From the NCBI GenBank assembly GCA_964493085.1, contig CAZBLV010000013.1, positions 2,033-66,032 on the forward strand: a stretch of 64,000 nt of DNA. Direction: 5' to 3'. A model generated the notes under the pieces. That model was not told the origin of the DNA, ran no database searches, and saw only the letters and a list, made by a program, of their open reading frames with translations. This document shows positions 58,182 through 64,000 of this stretch, one piece after another. A program made the translations under genes and the position numbers. Each line of letters starts with the position of its first letter. Positions within the stretch are counted from its first letter, which is position 1. The stretch is from an uncultured Candidatus Saccharibacteria bacterium. Its GTDB lineage: Bacteria; Patescibacteriota; Minisyncoccia; Minisyncoccales; GWA2-38-27.

Positions 58182-59456
58182 GTGAACAGCACAGTGCAGT
58201 TACTGGCAGAGGGAAAGACGAAGAAAATCCTGACAGCGGAAGCTCCAGGACAAGTGATCGTCGAATCCAAGGACGATCTTACCGCTGGAGATGGTGCGAA
58301 ACACGACATCATCGCTGACAAGGCATCACTCTCGAACAGAACTACGTCGAATGTGTTCCGGCTTCTCAAGGCATGCGGCATTCCGGTCGCTTTCCTTGAT
58401 GGGGTGGACGAGACGCGATTCCTCGCAGAGCAGTGCGACATGATTCCCTACGAAGTGGTTGTCAGGCGAGAGGCGCACGGTTCGTTCCTCAAGCGTTATC
58501 CGGGAATTCAAAAGGGGCATATTTTTCCGCGCCTTCTGTTGGAGTTCTTTCTGAAGACTTCTGGCAGGAAGTGGAAAGACGCCGATCTCCCGAAGGACGA
58601 TCCCTTCATGCGTTTCGATGAGAATCGTGCTTTGCTGTATCTGCCCGATCAGCCAATCCATCAACAGACACCGTTTCTGATTCTTGACGATTTTCCTTTG
58701 CGGGAGTCGCCTGACGGAATCAAGCAAATCAGCAAAGTTGCCGTCAAGACCTTTCTCATTCTGGAGAAAGCGTGGCAACTCGTTGGGCGGAGACTGGTGG
58801 ACTTCAAGGTGGAGTTCGGAACGAACACTGCGGGAGAGGTACGGCTCGCTGACGTGATCGACAACGATTCGTGGCGGGTGCTTGACGAAGGAAAATACAT
58901 CGACAAGCAACTTTACCGCGACGGCGCGGATCTCAACATCGTCACAGCGAAGTACCGACTGGTAGCAGAGTTAACCAGTAACTTCAGCCTACCGCGCCAA
59001 CAGATTATTCTCTGGCGAGCTTCAGCGTCCGATGACCTGAAGGCATTTGAGGACGCTATCGCGGCTTACGGTGCGAACAAGGCTTGCGATGTGGAAATCG
59101 CAACTTGCTCTCTTCACAAGGATCCGATTCGAGCGTGCGAAGAAGTCGCTAGACTGGTGCAGGAAGTTCCCAACTCCGTAGTGATTGTCTTCTGCGGAAG
59201 AAGTAATGGAGCGGGGCCGACTCTGTCCACGCAATGCACTGTGCCGGTAATCACGGTTCCAGCAACGTGGCGGGAGTTCCCCGAAGATGTGTGGTCATCG
59301 CTCCGCACGCCGAGCGAGACGCCGGTCGTTACAATCCTCGATCCTAAGAACGCTGTTCTTTCGGCGCTTCAAATTCTTGCGATGGGAAACCCACGGCTCT
59401 ATGCCGAGCTTCGCTTTCGGCAAGAGAAGCGTCTCCACAATATTATTAGACTCTGA
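58182..59456 (+). CDS. bifunctional SAICAR synthetase / AIR carboxylase fusion (PAICS-like, PurC-PurE)
   Basis: GTG start 1 nt after the purB stop, with an AAGGAG Shine-Dalgarno. The N-terminal half has AEGKTKKIL, SKDDLTAGDGAKHD, GSFLKRYPG and LADVIDNDSWR. The C-terminal half has PurE-like WRASASDD, CGRSNGAGPTLS and DVWSSLRTP. Confidence 0.8.
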   Translation: MNSTVQLLAEGKTKKILTAEAPGQVIVESKDDLTAGDGAKHDIIADKASLSNRTTSNVFRLLKACGIPVAFLDGVDETRFLAEQCDMIPYEVVVRREAHGSFLKRYPGIQKGHIFPRLLLEFFLKTSGRKWKDADLPKDDPFMRFDENRALLYLPDQPIHQQTPFLILDDFPLRESPDGIKQISKVAVKTFLILEKAWQLVGRRLVDFKVEFGTNTAGEVRLADVIDNDSWRVLDEGKYIDKQLYRDGADLNIVTAKYRLVAELTSNFSLPRQQIILWRASASDDLKAFEDAIAAYGANKACDVEIATCSLHKDPIRACEEVARLVQEVPNSVVIVFCGRSNGAGPTLSTQCTVPVITVPATWREFPEDVWSSLRTPSETPVVTILDPKNAVLSALQILAMGNPRLYAELRFRQEKRLHNIIRL

Positions 59457-59467
59457 CGAGCTGACGA

Positions 59468-59508
59468 AGGGGTATTACCAGAAATGGCAATACCCCTCTT
59501 TTGTTTTT
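59468..59508 (+). terminator. rho-independent terminator ending the island operon
   Basis: An AGGGGTATT(a)CC-agaaat-GG(c)AATACCCCT hairpin followed by TCTTTTGTTTTT. Confidence 0.75.
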
Positions 59509-59547
59509 CCACCCAAAAATTTTTCTCGAACGAGAGCGGCTCGCGGG
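59508..59547. repeat. repeat element C (partner of B2) with a degenerate copy of the tRNA-Val 3' end
   Basis: TCCACCCAAAAATTTTTCTCGAACGAGAGCGGCTCGCGGG. It shares GCGGCTCGC with copy A (54757-54765). Confidence 0.6.
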
Positions 59548-59569
59548 TTTTATTTTTCTTTTTTTCAAG

Positions 59570-59974
59570 ATGAGATATAATGAAACAATGGATAATTTTA
59601 TTCTAGCTCGCTACCTTGCTTGGCAACTATATGATGTCCCTCGGGCTTTGCTGGCTGCCTGGAAGAACTTTCTCCGATTTAATCTAGACTACTTTTCAAT
59701 ACCTGTGCTTTTAAGGACCTACTTTTCTTATTGGAGAAAATATTCTTCTTCTTACGGCAGGGGATTTAATATGGGACGCTATTTTGAAACATTTATTTTT
59801 AATATGATGTCTCGGATCATAGGAGCTATTCTCCGCACTTTTTTTATAATCTTAGGCCTGATTTCAGAGCTTTTTATAATAATAGCCGGAGCGGCAGCGC
59901 TTTTAGTATGGCTAGTTTCTCCCTTAATATTGATTTTTGGCTTATTTTTGGGAATTAAAATGATTATTTTCTAA
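59570..59974 (+). CDS. small hypothetical membrane protein
   Basis: ATG 59570 (MRYNETMDNF...) or ATG 59588. Two C-terminal TM helices. Its stop overlaps the start of the Clp-like gene (TAATG). Confidence 0.55.
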   Translation: MRYNETMDNFILARYLAWQLYDVPRALLAAWKNFLRFNLDYFSIPVLLRTYFSYWRKYSSSYGRGFNMGRYFETFIFNMMSRIIGAILRTFFIILGLISELFIIIAGAAALLVWLVSPLILIFGLFLGIKMIIF

Positions 59975-62517
59975 TGTTTGTTTTTGACCTTAAAAAAACA
60001 GAGTTTCCTGCAATTTTCCGTTGGGAAAGATTTCCTTTTTTTAGATTCTCCGCGGTCTTTAAAACAATATTTTTAGTTCTCTTTGCCCTTGCTTTAATAG
60101 CCTTTCTTTATGGTTTTTTTTCGAACAATTTTTCGGAAGAAACTTCCCGTTTTCTATTGGGCTGGAGCATTCTTTTCCTTTCGCTTTTTCTTGTGTTCTG
60201 GAAAACGCAGTTCTTTTTTAATTCCAAAATAAAGGCGCTAGACCCGGACTTAAATATAAGCCGGGATGTTTTGGATTCAGAAAAAGACAATCTGGCTAAA
60301 TTCTTAACTCTTCCCGCTGCCCGGGCAGCCAAAAAAGCGCTTAAGAAAGCAAAAAAAACTCCGATTTCCTCCAGCCATCTTTTTGCCGCTCTGATTGCTG
60401 ACAAAAAAGAAATTGGTTTTGTTTTTGAACGGCTTATCTTAAACAGAAGAGAAGTTGCCAAAAGAATAAAACAGAGCCTTAAAACAGCAGAAGTTTCAGA
60501 GGAAGGGAAGGGATATAAAGAGAGTTTCAAGAAAACAATCTTAAAAGCTGCAGAAACAGCAGTTGAAAGAAAGCATCCAAGGATCAGAATGGGGGACCTC
60601 TTAACTGCCCTTGCAGAGGAAGACCCTGTTCTAAAAAGAATCTTAATCGATTTTAACCTTAGGGCGGAAGATATAGAAAATCTGACTTGGTGGTGGGAGG
60701 ACGTCCAAAAAGAAATAGCAAAAAATAAGAGGTTTTGGGACTATAGAAATCTTGCCAAAAAAGGCACTTTAGCCAAGACGTGGACAGCCGGATATACTAT
60801 AACTCTTGATAGGTTTTCTAGGGATATAACAGAATCTATCCGAGGGTCCGATTTTAAAAAAATAGGGCACCAAGAAGAAATAGCTTCTATAGAAAGGATT
60901 ATTTCCAGGAGGGAGATAAACAATGTCTTGATGGTGGGTCGACCGGGGTCTGGCAGAAAAAGTATTGTTCTTGCTTTGGCTCAAAAAAGCCTGATGGGGG
61001 AGAGCGCACCCGAGGTTAATTATCGGAGAATAGTCGAGCTTGATATGGCTTCTCTAATTGCTCAACTAGACAGCGTCGAGGAAATGGAAAGAGTGCTTGA
61101 CAGGATCTTCAGAGAAGCAGCCGGGGCTGGCAATATTACCTTGGTGATTAATGATTTTCACAATTACGTCCGCCAAGCCACCATCCCGGGCATGGTTGAT
61201 ATAGGGGGAATTATTTCCCCTTATTTGGATTTGCCCCAGTTTCAATTAATAGCAATAACCACTTACGACGGCCTTCACAGTATTATAGAAAAGCAAAGCT
61301 CCATACTTTCCAGACTGGAAAAAGTAGAAGTTTCTGAAATTTCCCCTAGAGAAACATTAATGCTTTTGGAAGCTCTTGTTCCGGAGCTGGAAAAGAAGCA
61401 CAAGGTTTTTGTTTCTTATCCTGCCATAAGAAGAATAATTGATCTAACGGATCGCTATTTTGCTTCCCAGCCTTTTCCCGACAAAGCTCTCGATGTTCTT
61501 GACGAAGTTGTTATTTATACTGCTCGTTCAACCAAAGACCGATTTGTCTTGCCAAAGCATGTTTCAAAAATTATTACAGAAAAGACAGAAGTCCCGCTAA
61601 GCGAATTAGGGTCTGAAGAGAAAGAAATCCTGCTCAATTTGGAAAATCTAATTCACCAAAGAATTATTAACCAAGAAGAGGCAGTAAAACAGATTGCCGC
61701 CGCCCTAAGAAGGGCACGTTCCGAAATTACAGTCAGAGAGGGGCCTCTCGGCACCTTTCTTTTCTTGGGGCCAACCGGAGTCGGAAAAACAGAAACTTCT
61801 AAGGCATTGTCTCACTTCTACTTCGGATCTGAAGAAAGAATGATAAGAGTTGATATGTCAGAATTTCAAAACCCGAGCGATGTCGAAAGGCTTATCGGAT
61901 CGAATCAACAAGAAGGCTTTTTAACTACCAAAGTAAAAGAGGATCCCTTTTCTTTAGTTCTTTTAGATGAAATAGAAAAGTCGCATCCCAATATTCTTAA
62001 TCTTTTTCTTCAGATATTTGACGAAGGCTATGTCACAGATGGCTTGGGCAGAAAGATTGATTTCAGGAACACGATAATAATAGCTACTAGCAATGCAGGG
62101 TATAAAGTTATCCTAGAGTCCCTTAAAAACAAGCTGGACTGGGGGGAAACAAGAAAAACCCTTCTTGATTACTTGTTCCAGCAGGGCATATTTCGTCCCG
62201 AATTAATAAATAGATTTGACGCGGTTGTGCTTTTTAGTCCCTTAACTAAAGATAATCTTTTAGACATTTCCGGTCTTATGCTCAAGAAGCTTCAAAAAAA
62301 TATGGAAAGCAAGGGAATCGATCTTGAGATTACCCGTCCTCTTAAAGAGAAAATAGTGAAGTTAAGCTATAGTCCGGTTTTTGGGGCCAGAGAAATGAGA
62401 AGAGTCATCCAGAACAATGTTGAAAATGTTTTGGCTTCAGCCGTTCTCTCTGGTAAAATTAGAAGAGGAGACAAGGTTAAGATGGACTCTTCTTTTAGCT
62501 TGAAGGTATTGCATTAA
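59974..62517 (+). CDS. Clp/Hsp100-family AAA+ protein with N-terminal membrane anchor and degenerate first ATPase module
   Basis: Two N-terminal TM helices and Clp_N-like repeats. D1 has Walker A GRPGSGRKS and Walker B VINDFH, both off consensus. D2 has canonical GPTGVGKTETSKAL, LVLLDEIEKSHP and GAREMRRVIQ. Confidence 0.75.
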   Translation: MFVFDLKKTEFPAIFRWERFPFFRFSAVFKTIFLVLFALALIAFLYGFFSNNFSEETSRFLLGWSILFLSLFLVFWKTQFFFNSKIKALDPDLNISRDVLDSEKDNLAKFLTLPAARAAKKALKKAKKTPISSSHLFAALIADKKEIGFVFERLILNRREVAKRIKQSLKTAEVSEEGKGYKESFKKTILKAAETAVERKHPRIRMGDLLTALAEEDPVLKRILIDFNLRAEDIENLTWWWEDVQKEIAKNKRFWDYRNLAKKGTLAKTWTAGYTITLDRFSRDITESIRGSDFKKIGHQEEIASIERIISRREINNVLMVGRPGSGRKSIVLALAQKSLMGESAPEVNYRRIVELDMASLIAQLDSVEEMERVLDRIFREAAGAGNITLVINDFHNYVRQATIPGMVDIGGIISPYLDLPQFQLIAITTYDGLHSIIEKQSSILSRLEKVEVSEISPRETLMLLEALVPELEKKHKVFVSYPAIRRIIDLTDRYFASQPFPDKALDVLDEVVIYTARSTKDRFVLPKHVSKIITEKTEVPLSELGSEEKEILLNLENLIHQRIINQEEAVKQIAAALRRARSEITVREGPLGTFLFLGPTGVGKTETSKALSHFYFGSEERMIRVDMSEFQNPSDVERLIGSNQQEGFLTTKVKEDPFSLVLLDEIEKSHPNILNLFLQIFDEGYVTDGLGRKIDFRNTIIIATSNAGYKVILESLKNKLDWGETRKTLLDYLFQQGIFRPELINRFDAVVLFSPLTKDNLLDISGLMLKKLQKNMESKGIDLEITRPLKEKIVKLSYSPVFGAREMRRVIQNNVENVLASAVLSGKIRRGDKVKMDSSFSLKVLH

Positions 62518-62554
62518 TAAAGGTCGGCAGATAATAAGTTTAAAAAATAAAAAC

Positions 62555-63598
62555 ATGGAAGAATTTTCTAATTTACCCGCAGAAAGGCCTTCTTCTAGCA
62601 AGGGGCTTCTTGCGCTTAAAATAGCAGGCATAGCAGCATTGGTGGTTGTGATCGGAGGAGGAGTCGTCTTGGCCAGCCGGATCTGGGATCCTTTGTGGAA
62701 TCCCTTCAGGCCGGATCCAGAAGAGGTTCTAGACAGCATGTTTGAGAAAATGAGGACCGAAGACTCTGTGCATTATAAGATGGAAATGAGTTTTGTCGGA
62801 AAGAGCGGAGGCGAAGAGAGCCGATTTAGTTTTGCCGCCACAGGAAAAGGCGACAGTTCCGACGAAAATAATCCTAGAGTCGAAGCAGACTTTACTTTAG
62901 CTGCTTCGGAAGCAGGAAACCAAGAAATCGCTCTGAAATCCAGCCTTAAGGGAATAGGCCAGGACGCCTACATTAACTTAAAAGAAATCGGCTTGTCCGA
63001 ACAGGACCAATCCTTGCTTTTAATGCTCGGCCTTGACCTGAATCAGATTACAAATCAGTGGATAAAGCTTTCAGACGACTTTCAGGTCCAAGAAACAGAA
63101 CAGTCAAAGAGGATGATAGAGGAGATAACAGCTCTGTTAGAGGAAAAGGACATGTTTGACGTGAAAAAAGAATTTTCCGACGAAAAAGTTGAAGGAAAGG
63201 GGTGCTATCACTATCTTCTTTCTCTGAATAAGGAGAATTTTAAAGAGGTTGTTTCAAAAGTCTATGAAACAAGCTTTGAGGGAACGCAGGCAGCCTTTAT
63301 GGCTGGAGAAATGTCAGAGCAGACAGACCTCTTTATAGAGAAGATCGGAGGAATAGAAATGGATGTTTGGGTCGGCAAAAAGAACGATCTGTTTAAAATA
63401 GCCCTATCTAAAGACATAAAAGGAGAGGATATAGGAGAACCGGCAGGAGATGATGCAAGCTTGTCTGCAGAGATGACCTTTTTTGATTTTGGAAAAAAGG
63501 CAGAGATCGAAGCTCCCCAAGACTTTAAGGGAATAGATGAGCTATTTTCGCCAATGATTCTTGCGCCGCCTTCGGTTTCAGCGCCAGAAAACGAATAG
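62555..63598 (+). CDS. hypothetical membrane-anchored protein
   Basis: N-terminal TM helix (IAGIAALVVVIGGGVVLA) followed by a ~300-aa acidic extracytoplasmic domain. No motif recognised. Confidence 0.55.
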   Translation: MEEFSNLPAERPSSSKGLLALKIAGIAALVVVIGGGVVLASRIWDPLWNPFRPDPEEVLDSMFEKMRTEDSVHYKMEMSFVGKSGGEESRFSFAATGKGDSSDENNPRVEADFTLAASEAGNQEIALKSSLKGIGQDAYINLKEIGLSEQDQSLLLMLGLDLNQITNQWIKLSDDFQVQETEQSKRMIEEITALLEEKDMFDVKKEFSDEKVEGKGCYHYLLSLNKENFKEVVSKVYETSFEGTQAAFMAGEMSEQTDLFIEKIGGIEMDVWVGKKNDLFKIALSKDIKGEDIGEPAGDDASLSAEMTFFDFGKKAEIEAPQDFKGIDELFSPMILAPPSVSAPENE

Positions 63599-63624
63599 AT
63601 CTTCTAATTAAAGAGTAATTTAAA

Positions 63625-63656
63625 GCAAAAATCCCGTTTTATTGCGGGATTTTTGC
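63625..63656. terminator. 12-bp hairpin, probable terminator
   Basis: GCAAAAATCCCG-ttttattg-CGGGATTTTTGC. Only a short T-run follows. Confidence 0.5.
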
Positions 63657-63658
63657 TT

Positions 63659-63750
63659 GTGGATTTCCTGTGGATAATTTTGGGTTGACTTAACCCCATA
63701 AAGTGGAGTATAAAGAAGGTGTAGTGGAAAATTGTGGAAAAATATGGGGA
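63659..63750 (+). promoter_or_regulatory. mraZ promoter region with an array of GTGGA/GGGGA direct repeats (candidate MraZ boxes)
   Basis: GTGGA occurs at 63659, 63670, 63703, 63724 and 63734, and GGGGA at 63746. Spacings of 10-12 nt occur in two clusters. TTGACT (63685-63690), an 18-nt spacer and TATAAA (63709-63714) lie between the clusters. Confidence 0.5.
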
Positions 63751-63777
63751 TAACCTCGAAAACGGGGGAAAACTTTT

Positions 63778-64000
63778 ATGCTGATAGGAGAATACTTCCA
63801 TACCATTGATACTAAAAAACGCTTAGCTTTGCCGGCAAAATTCAGAAAGGAGCTGGGAAAATCTTTGATTGTCACCAGAGGGGTTGATAACTGTTTAGTG
63901 GTTTATACTGAACAAGAATGGAAAAAGATTGCAGAAAAACTGGCTTCTTTGCCAGAGAGCAGGCCAGAGGCCAGAACCTACAGAAGACTGATCTTGGCTG
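63778..64000 (+). CDS. mraZ: transcriptional regulator MraZ, 5' portion (runs off the window)
   Basis: MLIGEYFHTIDTKKRLALPAKFRKELGKSLIVTRGVDNCLVVYTEQEW (SpoVT/AbrB-type MraZ N-terminal repeat). Confidence 0.9.
   Translation, partial: MLIGEYFHTIDTKKRLALPAKFRKELGKSLIVTRGVDNCLVVYTEQEWKKIAEKLASLPESRPEARTYRRLILA

Larger units (their letters stand above)
54708..59547. mobile_element. putative genomic island at the 3' end of tRNA-Val (two cassette-like modules, no integrase in the window)
   Basis: Sampled lines are ~53-63% GC against ~27-45% in both flanks. It starts at the tRNA 3' end. Copies of the tRNA terminal sequence (GTCCACCAAA at 54700-54709 and 56659-56668; TCCACCCAAA at 59508-59517) and two inverted-repeat pairs delimit the modules. 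Confidence 0.45.

Noticed and set aside
55089-58910. Long minus-strand ORFs inside the GC-rich island (55089-55766, 55532-55825, 55904-56461, 56819-57265, 57458-58069, 58326-58910) and extra plus-strand ORFs (55465-55677, 55923-56345).
   Set aside because: They lie antisense to, or out of frame with, plus-strand genes that carry unmistakable family motifs. High GC suppresses stop codons and creates such shadow ORFs. Their translations are Arg/Ser/Pro-rich with no motifs.
54733-59547. Interpreting the island's inverted repeats as integron attC sites, with the gene pairs as integron cassettes.
   Set aside because: I could not find the GTTRRRY / RYYYAAC core sites at the repeat ends. No intI-like integrase or attI is in the window, and the cassettes contain two genes with their own terminators. 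The idea is kept only as a loose analogy.

Overview
Overall: this is a compact, mostly plus-strand, low-GC window. Hand counts on sampled 60-nt lines give about 27-45% GC. It is dominated by translation and replication housekeeping genes.

Gene content:
- Ribosomal and transcription genes: infA-rpmJ-rpsM-rpsK-rpsD-rpoA-rplQ-rplM-rpsI, secE-nusG-rplK, rplJ-rplL, rpmF, rpmG, rpsP.
- Aminoacyl-tRNA and amidotransferase genes: alaS, proS, pheST, thrS, hisS, gatCAB.
- Replication: dnaE, gyrB, holB.
- Cell envelope and shape: murA and two mreB paralogs.
- Nine tRNA genes.
- Several lineage-specific membrane proteins with no recognisable motifs.

Likely source: the style resembles a reduced-genome, CPR/Patescibacteria-like bacterium using the standard code. 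The supporting traits are trimmed aaRS domains, Lys/Glu-rich tails on ribosomal proteins, no rplA next to rplK, and fragmentary biosynthesis. This assignment is inference.

Main signal: three patches have clearly higher GC than their surroundings.
1. A ~4.8 kb island of about 53-63% GC sits directly 3' of tRNA-Val (54.7-59.5 kb). It carries two translationally coupled gene pairs: a divergent PyrE-like PRTase with a PyrF-like decarboxylase, and PurB with a PAICS-type PurC-PurE fusion. Each pair is bracketed by its own inverted-repeat pair and by copies of the tRNA 3' end.
2. A ~3.2 kb operon between tRNA-Trp and tRNA-His (42.4-45.7 kb) encodes a LOG/TIGR00725-like protein, an unassigned type I PRTase-fold protein, HisRS and tRNA-His.
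3. A single orphan gene (28.7-29.0 kb) has its own near-consensus promoter.

Together these patches look like horizontally acquired nucleotide-base and ribotide chemistry grafted onto a minimal genome, and they are the best candidate for something undescribed.

Limits: all calls rest on motif recognition and hand folding. No database search or computation was run.
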